Origin: a virus
UHGV virus genome: UHGV-0093038
Strand: one strand, 5' to 3'
Length of the DNA stretch: 18,258 bases
The number at the start of each line of letters is the position of its first letter. The first letter of the stretch is position 1. This document shows, in pieces, positions 1-6,413 of the stretch. Under the pieces are notes generated by a model. That model was not told where the DNA came from and searched no databases. It saw only the letters and a program-made list of their open reading frames with translations. A program made the position numbers and the translations under genes.

Positions 1-462
1 GCTGTACGTGGAAACCATGAGCAAATGATGATTGATGGCTTATCAGAGCGTGGAAACGTCAATCACTGGCTGTTTAATGGCGGTGGCTGGTTCTTTAATC
101 TCGATTACGACAAAGAAATTCTGGCTAAAGCTCTTGCCCATAAAGCAGATGAACTTCCGTTAATCATCGAACTGGTGAGTGAAGGTAAAAAATATGTCAT
201 CTGCCACGCCGATTATCCTTGTGACGAATACGAATTTGGAAAGCCAGTTGATCATCAGCAGGTAATCTGGAACCGCGAACGAATCAGCAACTCACAAGAC
301 GGGATCGTGAAAGAAATCAAAGGAGCTGACACGTTCATCTTTGGTCATACGCCAGCAGTGAAACCACTCAAGTTTGCCAACCAGATGTATATCGATACCG
401 GCGCAGTGTTCTGCGGAAACCTCACATTGATTCAGGTACAGGGAGAAGGCGCGTGGGCATAA
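1..462 (+). CDS. Ser/Thr protein phosphatase, lambda PPase-like (C-terminal part; 5' end lies outside the window)
   Basis: Frame 1 is open from base 1 with no stop before the ATG at 25, so the gene is cut by the window edge. The translation [13 protein letters not shown]...FIFGHTP carries the metallophosphatase GNHE and GHTP motifs and matches from memory the C-terminal two-thirds of phage lambda protein phosphatase (orf221). Confidence 0.85.
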   Translation, partial: AVRGNHEQMMIDGLSERGNVNHWLFNGGGWFFNLDYDKEILAKALAHKADELPLIIELVSEGKKYVICHADYPCDEYEFGKPVDHQQVIWNRERISNSQDGIVKEIKGADTFIFGHTPAVKPLKFANQMYIDTGAVFCGNLTLIQVQGEGAWA

Positions 463-941
463 GAGAACTAAACCTCACCAAAGAGCAGCACGAGTGGCTG
501 AATGGCTGGCTTGAACTGTGGGGCGCATGGGTTTATTCAGGTCGTCTGGAAAAGCGCATGAGCAGCGTAATAGCTAAGTTCATGGAGAGCGTAGAGCCGG
601 GAAGAGTTATGACAAGGCCAATGTGTAATGATGATGATGGAATGTTGATTTCTCAGGTCGTCGATTCCGTCATGTACATTGACAAGAAAGCCTTTGGTAT
701 CCTCCTCAGCTACTACGCCCACGGCTCTTCCAAGCACGCCATTGCATCTTACTATCATCGCGTCGCAAGACCTCGCAAGATGTTATGCCGGGGCGGCGGG
801 CGCATTCAAAAACCATCGCTCGCAACCTGTCGACGGGAAGTTGACGAAATCCTCAATGCCTCGTTGTTTATGATTTACCCGGTTCTGGATAGTGCGTTTA
901 AAAACCGGAAACGTGTAGAGAAAATTAAACATGTAGCATAG
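453..941 (+). CDS. Q: Late-gene antiterminator Q, phage-82 type (Phage_antitermQ family), not lambda-Q type
   Basis: 162-aa ORF directly after the phosphatase gene and before the lysis cassette, the canonical Q position. Motifs [19 protein letters not shown] and LLSYYAHG resemble the phage 82 Q family as I recall it. GTG start at 453 overlaps the phosphatase stop and is preceded by GGGAGAAGG. Confidence 0.7.
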   Translation: MGIRELNLTKEQHEWLNGWLELWGAWVYSGRLEKRMSSVIAKFMESVEPGRVMTRPMCNDDDGMLISQVVDSVMYIDKKAFGILLSYYAHGSSKHAIASYYHRVARPRKMLCRGGGRIQKPSLATCRREVDEILNASLFMIYPVLDSAFKNRKRVEKIKHVA

Positions 942-947
942 AACGTG

Positions 948-976
948 TTGACATCATTGAGCAAATGAGCAACACT
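948..976 (+). promoter_or_regulatory. Candidate Q-dependent late promoter (pR'-like): TTGACA -35 hexamer 7 bp after the Q stop, weak -10
   Basis: Perfect TTGACA at 948-953. The best -10 candidates at 17-18 bp spacing (AACACT/ACACTA) are poor, so the call rests mainly on position relative to Q and the downstream terminator. Confidence 0.3.
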
Positions 977-985
977 ATTCGCATA

Positions 986-1028
986 AGCTGCCGTTAGTGA
1001 CTCTTAAGTTGCAACGGTGGCTTTTTTT
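986..1028 (+). terminator. Candidate tR'-like intrinsic terminator of the late leader
   Basis: AGCTGCCGTT (986-995) can pair with AACGGTGGCT (1013-1022) as a 10-bp stem with two G-U wobbles and a 17-nt loop, followed by T7 (1022-1028). It lies about 40 bp downstream of the TTGACA element. Confidence 0.4.
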
Positions 1029-1032
1029 ATTT

Positions 1033-1107
1033 GGGTCAGTCGTATAAAGGTCATTACGGAAGGCTGTTAACCTTCTTATCGTGGTTCGAGTCCACGCTGT
1101 CCCGCCA
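1033..1107 (+). tRNA. tRNA-like gene, anticodon GUU (Asn), with imperfect acceptor and D stems (possibly degenerate)
   Basis: 75-nt hand-folded cloverleaf: acceptor GGGTCAG/CTGTCCC with one T-T mismatch, perfect anticodon stem GAAGG/CCTTC, loop CTGTTAA (U33, GUU, A37), perfect T stem CGTGG/CCACG with loop TTCGAGT, discriminator G and encoded CCA. The D stem is only 3 bp. Confidence 0.5.
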
Positions 1108-1112
1108 AATAT

Positions 1113-1188
1113 GCTGGTTTAGCTCCAATGGTAGAGCAGTCGCCTTGTAAGCGAATGGGTAGCGGTTCAAGTCCGTTAACCAGCACCA
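1113..1188 (+). tRNA. tRNA-Thr (anticodon UGU)
   Basis: 76-nt cloverleaf: perfect 7-bp acceptor GCTGGTT/AACCAGC, U8, perfect D stem GCTC/GAGC with GG in the D loop, anticodon loop CTTGTAA (UGU), 5-nt variable loop, T arm AGCGG-TTCAAGT-CCGTT, discriminator A and encoded CCA. Confidence 0.85.
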
Positions 1189-1408
1189 TAACTGAGCCGT
1201 AGCCACTGGCTATCCTGAATTCATCAGTGATAGTTACGCTGCGGCATTCTACGCATGACCTTCGTGAAAGCGGGTGGCAAGAGGCTGCGCTAACAACCTC
1301 ATGCCGTTTTGCCCGTGCATATCGGTCACGAACAAATCTGATTACTAAACACAGTAGCCTGGATTTGTTCTATCAGTAATCGACCTTATTCCTAATTAAA
1401 TAGAGCAA

Positions 1409-1436
1409 ATCCCCTTATTGGGGGTAAGACATGAAG
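1409..1436 (+). promoter_or_regulatory. S translation-initiation control region (sdi-type stem-loop over the SD, dual start motif Met1-Lys2-Met3)
   Basis: CCCC-TTATT-GGGGG hairpin (1411-1424) overlaps the SD GGGGGTAAG immediately before ATG-AAG-ATG (1431-1439). The arrangement is as I recall it upstream of lambda S, where it sets the S107 (antiholin) to S105 (holin) ratio. Confidence 0.55.
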
Positions 1437-1754
1437 ATGCCAGAAAAACATGACCTGTTAGCCGCCATTCTCGCGGCAAAGGAACAAGGCATCGGGGCAA
1501 TCCTTGCGTTTGCAATGGCGTACCTTCGCGGCAGATATAATGGCGGTGCGTTTACAAAAACAGTAATCGACGCAACGATGTGCGCCATTATCGCCTGGTT
1601 CATTCGTGACCTTCTCGACTTCGCTGGACTAAGTAGCAATCTCGCTTATATAACGAGCGTGTTCATCGGCTACATCGGTACTGACTCGATTGGTTCGCTT
1701 ATCAAACGCTTCGCTGCTAAAAAAGCCGGAGTAGAAGATGGTGGAAATCAATAA
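1431..1754 (+). CDS. S: Holin/antiholin S (class I holin; S107 from 1431, S105 from the ATG at 1437)
   Basis: 107-aa product [20 protein letters not shown]... is essentially identical to lambda S from memory, with three predicted TM segments and a charged C-terminus. Confidence 0.96.
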   Translation: MKMPEKHDLLAAILAAKEQGIGAILAFAMAYLRGRYNGGAFTKTVIDATMCAIIAWFIRDLLDFAGLSSNLAYITSVFIGYIGTDSIGSLIKRFAAKKAGVEDGGNQ

Positions 1755-2214
1755 TCAACGTAAGGCGTTCCTCGATATGCTGGCGTGGTCAGAGGGAACT
1801 GATAACGGACGGCAGAAAACCAGAAATCATGGTTATGACGTCATTGTTGGCGGAGAGCTATTTACTGATTACTCCGATCACCCTCGCAAACTTGTCACGC
1901 TAAACCCCAAACTCAAATCAACAGCAGCCGGACGTTACCAGCTTCTTTCCCGTTGGTGGGATGCCTATCGTAAGCAGCTTGGCCTGAAAGACTTCTCTCC
2001 GAAAAGCCAGGACGCTGTGGCATTGCAGCAGATTAAAGAGCGTGGCGCTTTACCGATGATTGATCGCGGTGATATTCGTCAGGCAATTGACCGTTGCAGC
2101 AATATCTGGGCTTCACTGCCGGGCGCTGGTTATGGTCAGTTCGAGCATAAGGCTGACAGCCTGATTGCAAAATTCAAAGAAGCAGGCGGAACGGTCAGAG
2201 AGATTGAGGTATGA
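1738..2214 (+). CDS. R: Endolysin R (lytic transglycosylase)
   Basis: 158-aa product [24 protein letters not shown]... is near-identical to lambda R from memory. Start overlaps the 3' end of S, as in lambda. Confidence 0.96.
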   Translation: MVEINNQRKAFLDMLAWSEGTDNGRQKTRNHGYDVIVGGELFTDYSDHPRKLVTLNPKLKSTAAGRYQLLSRWWDAYRKQLGLKDFSPKSQDAVALQQIKERGALPMIDRGDIRQAIDRCSNIWASLPGAGYGQFEHKADSLIAKFKEAGGTVREIEV

Positions 2215-2648
2215 GCAGAGTAACCGCGATTATCTCCGCTCTGGTTATCTGCATCATCGTCTGCCTGTCATGGGCTGTTAATCATTACCGTGATAACGCC
2301 ATCGCCTACAAAGAACAGCGCGATAAAGCCACGTACATCATCGCTGATATGCAGAAGCGTCAACGTGATGTAGCAGAACTCGACGCCAGATACACAAAGG
2401 AGCTTGCTGATGCTAACGCGACTATCGAAAGTCTCCGTGCTGATGTTTCTGCTGGTCGTAAGCGCCTGCAAGTCGCCGCCACCTGTGCAAAGTCAACGAC
2501 CGGAGCCAGCAGCATGGGCGATGGAGAAAGCCCAAGACTTACAGCAGATGCTGAACTCAATTATTACCGTCTCCGAAGTGGAATCGACAAGATAACCGCG
2601 CAGGTTAACTACCTGCAGGAGTACATCAGGACGCAATGCCTGAAATAA
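2211..2648 (+). CDS. Rz: Rz i-spanin (inner-membrane spanin subunit)
   Basis: 145-aa product with N-terminal TM helix [31 protein letters not shown] identical to lambda Rz over the first ~31 residues, then a divergent coiled-coil periplasmic domain. ATGA overlap with the R stop. Confidence 0.9.
   Translation: MSRVTAIISALVICIIVCLSWAVNHYRDNAIAYKEQRDKATYIIADMQKRQRDVAELDARYTKELADANATIESLRADVSAGRKRLQVAATCAKSTTGASSMGDGESPRLTADAELNYYRLRSGIDKITAQVNYLQEYIRTQCLK
2410..2595 (+). CDS. Rz1: Rz1 o-spanin (outer-membrane lipoprotein) embedded in the +1 frame of Rz
   Basis: ORF lies entirely inside Rz in another frame. ATG at 2410 is preceded by AAGGAG (2397-2402). Product [27 protein letters not shown]... 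has a signal peptide with lipobox VSAC and a Pro-rich mature region, the same architecture as lambda Rz1. The ORF track begins it at a TTG at 2404. Confidence 0.8.
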   Translation: MLTRLSKVSVLMFLLVVSACKSPPPVQSQRPEPAAWAMEKAQDLQQMLNSIITVSEVESTR

Positions 2649-2680
2649 TTTTTTTTGCAAATCACAAAGTCCATTTAATG

Positions 2681-2703
2681 AGCCTCGCGATGCGGGGCTT
2701 TTT
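2681..2703 (+). terminator. Intrinsic terminator after the lysis cassette (first of a tandem pair)
   Basis: AGCCTCGC / GCGGGGCT 8-bp GC-rich stem (one G-U) with 3-nt loop, followed by a U-run (CTTTTTG). Confidence 0.55.
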
Positions 2704-2710
2704 GCAATAA

Positions 2711-2735
2711 ATGCGTACCGCAACGCATGTTTTTT
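2711..2735 (+). terminator. Intrinsic terminator (second of the tandem pair)
   Basis: ATGCGT-ACCGCA-ACGCAT perfect 6-bp stem, then G plus T6 (2730-2735). Confidence 0.6.
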
Positions 2736-2850
2736 ACACCGAACCTGACCCTTTGGAATGGGCCTTTGAGGATACCAGTTAGTGCTGGCGAGCCTCGGTG
2801 GGCTGGTTTCCTGTGCGGCAAAGGTTCATTTCAAATGGTAGGTAAACGTT

Positions 2851-3363
2851 ATGAATATCGTGCCACTTAACTACAAAGGTGAAATTGTCAGTTTCAACAC
2901 TGATGGTTGGATCAACGTCACAGGTGTTGCTGAGAGATTTGGGAAACGCATTGATAACTGGATGCGTTTGGCAGAAACGCTTGAATACGTTCGTGCTTTA
3001 GACGAAGCGTTGACCGGGAAAGAATCTCAAATTTTACATCCCTCACAATCGAGGTATGTAAAAACCAGCAAGGCACGAAAGGACAGGGGTGGTGGTACGT
3101 GGCTACATCCAGTTGCATTTGCCCGTTGGTGTGATGCTCGTTTTGCTGTGTGGTGCGACCTGCACATTGATAGTCTGCTTCGCGGTGAACTGACTGAGCA
3201 GCAGAAATATGAGCAAGCATGTCGCATTCGCGATGACCGGAAATCAAAAGCCAGCAATGGGGCAAGAGAGATGGCTCGCTGGCGATGGGATAAGCCGGTT
3301 ATTGAAGCAAATGTCGAGTACTGGCGCGAGCAACTGCAGTTGACTCTCGATATCGCGTGCTGA
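2851..3363 (+). CDS. KilA-N / APSES-type DNA-binding domain protein (putative), accessory gene
   Basis: 170-aa ORF with the N-terminal pattern GEIVSFNTDGWINVTGVAERFGKRIDNWMRLAETLEYVRALDEAL, which resembles the KilA-N consensus (DGY-N-T..C.A.GKR...W.R....E.I..L) as I recall it. Sits between the lysis and packaging modules where lambdoid phages carry accessory genes. Confidence 0.6.
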   Translation: MNIVPLNYKGEIVSFNTDGWINVTGVAERFGKRIDNWMRLAETLEYVRALDEALTGKESQILHPSQSRYVKTSKARKDRGGGTWLHPVAFARWCDARFAVWCDLHIDSLLRGELTEQQKYEQACRIRDDRKSKASNGAREMARWRWDKPVIEANVEYWREQLQLTLDIAC

Positions 3364-3652
3364 TGGCAAACGCAAAACTGCGTTATCGAAAAAATCAAAG
3401 CATTACGAGAACTGAGCAACGGCTATCCATTACAAAGCCCATCTACGGGTGGGCTTGATAATGAAACCGGAATTTATTCTGGGCAACCAATTAACGGCAG
3501 TACAGCGAAACAACCCAAGCCAGTAAGCGGGGAAATAACACTGGCAGCCACTGAAAGATGAACCTCCTGCCTTATGGCAAAAAAGATTCTTTGTGGTGGC
3601 GGACTGATGGAAAGACATCCTAATCAAGCAACCACTCCACAGGGGCATAATT

Positions 3653-4027
3653 ATGAACGACCAGCAAATCGAAAAAGAAATCGTTGAGAAAGGCAAAACG
3701 GCACCGCGTGTAACACCCGAGAAAATTGAAGGCCTCATTTGCAGTGAGCATTTTTTCACTGCTGCGCAGGGTGACCACCAGGCTAAAGAAGATGACCTTA
3801 TTTATAATCCGGAGCCTTATGTCGAAGCCACCCCTGATGCTCTGCACCTTCTCACTTTCTGCGTATTGGTACTGAAGAATGGCTTCACCGTTACCGGAGA
3901 GAGTGCCTGTGCGAGCCCGGAAAACTTTGATGCAGAAATTGGTCGGAAGATTGCCCGGCAGAATGCTGTAAACAAAATCTGGATGCTCGAAGGTTACTTG
4001 CTGAAGCAGAAGCTAAGCGAACAGTAG
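3653..4027 (+). CDS. N4 gp49 / Sf6 gp66-family phage protein, function unknown
   Basis: 124-aa ORF with an AGGGG RBS 8 nt upstream. The segment LTFCVLVLKNGFTVTGESACASPENFDAEIGRKIARQNAVNKIWMLEGY resembles my recollection of the Phage_gp49_66 family. Confidence 0.55.
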   Translation: MNDQQIEKEIVEKGKTAPRVTPEKIEGLICSEHFFTAAQGDHQAKEDDLIYNPEPYVEATPDALHLLTFCVLVLKNGFTVTGESACASPENFDAEIGRKIARQNAVNKIWMLEGYLLKQKLSEQ

Positions 4028-4083
4028 TTATTACAAAAGCCATTCCCTACAGAGTGGCTTTGATAATGGCTTATACCCTACAC

Positions 4084-4109
4084 GGGATAACTTAACTGAT
4101 ATCCCTTTT
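4084..4109 (+). terminator. Weak hairpin plus T4 between the gp49-like gene and the next ORF (possible attenuating terminator)
   Basis: GGGATA (4084-4089) pairs with TATCCC (4100-4105) around a 10-nt loop, followed by TTTT (4106-4109). AT-rich and short, so weak. Confidence 0.25.
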
Positions 4110-4130
4110 AACGGATAAACGGAGCCAACA

Positions 4131-4373
4131 ATGGCAGAGATTATTCCCATGACTGAAGAACAGAAATTCCAGTTAGAGATTTACAAACTGGTCATGAACC
4201 AGAACGCAGCCGCAGAAGAAGCATTTCAGTTCATTGGCACTGACGAGCTGAAGCTTGAGCTATTTAAAATTCACTTCCAGTCAGGCGGCGCTAATTCAGA
4301 TATCACGACCCGCACTATCGAAGCAGTGCGTAAATCGAAGGAAGCGTTAGACCTGTTCACTACCGGAGCATGA
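4131..4373 (+). CDS. Hypothetical small acidic protein (80 aa)
   Basis: ORF with GGAG 7 nt upstream of the ATG and a plausible helical, acidic product. No motif I can name. Confidence 0.5.
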   Translation: MAEIIPMTEEQKFQLEIYKLVMNQNAAAEEAFQFIGTDELKLELFKIHFQSGGANSDITTRTIEAVRKSKEALDLFTTGA

Positions 4374-4374
4374 T

Positions 4375-4554
4375 GTGAGCCGCGTAATCAATTTTGGTAA
4401 GGAGAAGAAATTCCCAATTACTCAAGAGCTATACGAGCGGCTGGAAAGCGTCATTCATGATTACGATGGTGAAATCAGTTTATGTGAGGCGATTGGCACA
4501 CTCGAATTGCTGAAGCAGTCACTGATTGAAGGCGCGAAAGAGTCCTCAGCCTGA
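4375..4554 (+). CDS. Hypothetical small protein (59 aa), GTG start, translationally coupled to the upstream ORF; absent from the ORF track, apparently because it is just under its length cutoff
   Basis: GTG at 4375 sits inside the junction ATGTGA (the upstream stop TGA is 4371-4373), with GGAG 6 nt upstream. Open frame runs to TGA at 4552-4554. Product VSRVINFGKEKKFPITQELYERLESVIHDYDGEISLCEAIGTLELLKQSLIEGAKESSA. It fills the otherwise empty gap before terS. Confidence 0.35.
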   Translation: MSRVINFGKEKKFPITQELYERLESVIHDYDGEISLCEAIGTLELLKQSLIEGAKESSA

Positions 4555-4577
4555 AATAACAACTAAGTGAGATGAAT

Positions 4578-5000
4578 ATGGCGACTGAACCAAAAGCTGG
4601 TCGCCCCTCTGATTATATGCCGGAGGTGGCTGACGATATCTGCTCGTTGCTTTCTTCTGGCGAAAGTCTGCTGAAAGTATGTAAGCGTCCTGGTATGCCG
4701 GATAAGTCCACTGTTTTCCGCTGGTTGGCAAAGCATGAGGATTTTCGCGACAAGTACGCGAAGGCAACTGAGGCACGAGCTGATTCTATTTTCGAAGAGA
4801 TATTCGAAATTGCTGACACTGCGATTCCAGATGCTGCTGAGGTGGCAAAGGCAAGACTTCGCGTAGATACCCGTAAATGGGCGTTGGCCCGAATGAATCC
4901 CCGTAAGTATGGCGACAAGGTAACTAACGAGCTTGTCGGTAAGGACGGCGGCGCAATCCAGATTGAAACATCACCGATGAGCACTCTATTCGGAAAATGA
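4578..5000 (+). CDS. Terminase small subunit, Sf6 gp1 type
   Basis: Product MATEPKAGRPSDYMPEVADDICSLLSSGESLLKVCKRPGMPDKSTVFRWLAKHEDFRDKYAKA... matches Shigella phage Sf6 gp1 (140 aa) from memory. An alternative in-frame ATG at 4572 adds MN. Stop overlaps the terL start (ATGA). Confidence 0.9.
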   Translation: MATEPKAGRPSDYMPEVADDICSLLSSGESLLKVCKRPGMPDKSTVFRWLAKHEDFRDKYAKATEARADSIFEEIFEIADTAIPDAAEVAKARLRVDTRKWALARMNPRKYGDKVTNELVGKDGGAIQIETSPMSTLFGK

Positions 5001-6412
5001 CCTCGATTAATCCTATCTTTGAACCGTTCATTGAGGCGCATCGCTACAAAGTCACCAAAGGCGGTCGAGGTAGCGGTAAATCATGGGCAATTGCGAGGCT
5101 GCTTGTTGAAGCGGCGCGCCGACAGCCTGTGCGTATTCTCTGCGCTCGTGAACTGCAAAACAGTATCAGCGATTCGGTAATCCGGTTGCTTGAAGACACC
5201 ATCGAGCGGGAAGGGTATTCGGCTGAGTTTGAAATTCAGCGTTCAATGATTCGTCATCTCGGAACTAATGCTGAATTCATGTTCTACGGCATCAAAAACA
5301 ACCCGACGAAGATTAAATCGCTCGAAGGCATTGATATCTGCTGGGTGGAAGAAGCGGAAGCGGTAACGAAGGAATCATGGGATATCCTGATACCAACCAT
5401 CCGCAAGCCGTTTTCCGAAATATGGGTGAGCTTTAACCCGAAAAACATCCTCGACGATACCTATCAGCGATTCGTCGTAAATCCTCCCGATGATATTTGT
5501 CTGCTGACCGTGAACTACACCGACAATCCGCATTTTCCTGAAGTTCTCCGTCTGGAGATGGAAGAGTGTAAACGCAGAAATCCGACACTGTATCGTCACA
5601 TCTGGCTTGGTGAGCCGGTAAGCGCAAGTGATATGGCAATCATCAAACGAGAATGGCTTGAAGCTGCAACCGATGCGCACAAGAAACTCGGATGGAAAGC
5701 GAAAGGCGCTGTTGTTTCTGCGCATGACCCATCAGATACAGGGCCAGATGCTAAAGGTTATGCATCGCGTCACGGTTCGGTAGTTAAGCGCATTGCCGAA
5801 GGTCTGCTGATGGACATCAACGAGGGTGCTGACTGGGCTACTTCGCTGGCGATTGAAGACGGCTCTGACCATTACCTGTGGGATGGTGATGGTGTTGGTG
5901 CGGGTCTACGCAGACAGACAACGGAAGCGTTCTCCGGCAAGAAAATCACCGCCACGATGTTCAAGGGCAGCGAATCGCCATTCGATGAAGATGCGCCATA
6001 TCAGGCCGGAGCATGGGCTGATGAAGTCGTACAGGGCGACAATGTTCGCACTATTGGCGATGTATTCCGCAATAAGCGAGCGCAATTCTATTACGCGCTG
6101 GCTGACAGGCTGTATCTGACATATCGGGCGGTTGTTCACGGTGAGTATGCAGACCCCGACGACATGCTGAGTTTCGATAAAGAAGCGATAGGCGAGAATA
6201 TGCTGGAGAAGCTGTTTGCAGAACTGACGCAGATTCAGCGCAAATTCAATAACAACGGGAAGCTGGAGCTAATGACTAAGGTCGAAATGAAGCAGAATCT
6301 CGGTATTCCATCTCCCAACCTGGCTGATGCTCTGATGATGTGTATGCATTGCCCGGAGTCGGCTGCGCAACCCGACTATTCCAGTTACTCAATTCCTTGT
6401 GGTGTAGGTTGA
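4997..6412 (+). CDS. Terminase large subunit (ATPase plus nuclease), Sf6 gp2 type
   Basis: 471 aa. Walker A KGGRGSGKSW and Walker B-like IDICWVEEAE. N-terminus MTSINPIFEPFIEAHRYKV matches Sf6 gp2 from memory. Confidence 0.95.
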   Translation: MTSINPIFEPFIEAHRYKVTKGGRGSGKSWAIARLLVEAARRQPVRILCARELQNSISDSVIRLLEDTIEREGYSAEFEIQRSMIRHLGTNAEFMFYGIKNNPTKIKSLEGIDICWVEEAEAVTKESWDILIPTIRKPFSEIWVSFNPKNILDDTYQRFVVNPPDDICLLTVNYTDNPHFPEVLRLEMEECKRRNPTLYRHIWLGEPVSASDMAIIKREWLEAATDAHKKLGWKAKGAVVSAHDPSDTGPDAKGYASRHGSVVKRIAEGLLMDINEGADWATSLAIEDGSDHYLWDGDGVGAGLRRQTTEAFSGKKITATMFKGSESPFDEDAPYQAGAWADEVVQGDNVRTIGDVFRNKRAQFYYALADRLYLTYRAVVHGEYADPDDMLSFDKEAIGENMLEKLFAELTQIQRKFNNNGKLELMTKVEMKQNLGIPSPNLADALMMCMHCPESAAQPDYSSYSIPCGVG

Positions 6413-6413
6413 T

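Noticed and set aside
25-462. ATG at 25 as the true start of the phosphatase gene
   Set aside because: The frame is open upstream to base 1 and the translated upstream codons (AVRGNHEQ) continue a conserved metallophosphatase motif, so the gene is truncated by the window edge rather than starting at 25.
2404-2595. TTG start at 2404 for Rz1, as in the ORF track
   Set aside because: The ATG at 2410 is preceded by a near-consensus AAGGAG at ideal spacing and gives a canonical lipoprotein signal peptide, so the two extra N-terminal residues are unlikely.
3430-3759. 109-aa minus-strand ORF spanning the non-coding gap and the gp49-like gene start
   Set aside because: Cys/Ser/Phe/Trp-rich translation, overlaps the 5' end and RBS of the forward gp49-like gene, and has no recognisable motif. 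It is the only ORF of 60 aa or more in the 3364-3652 gap but is probably spurious.
4131-4554. Toxin-antitoxin pair interpretation of the two small overlapping ORFs
   Set aside because: The stop-start overlap resembles TA operons, but both products are acidic and helical with no basic toxin-like partner or recognisable toxin motif, and the pair sits inside a Q-dependent late operon. Translationally coupled accessory proteins is the more conservative reading.
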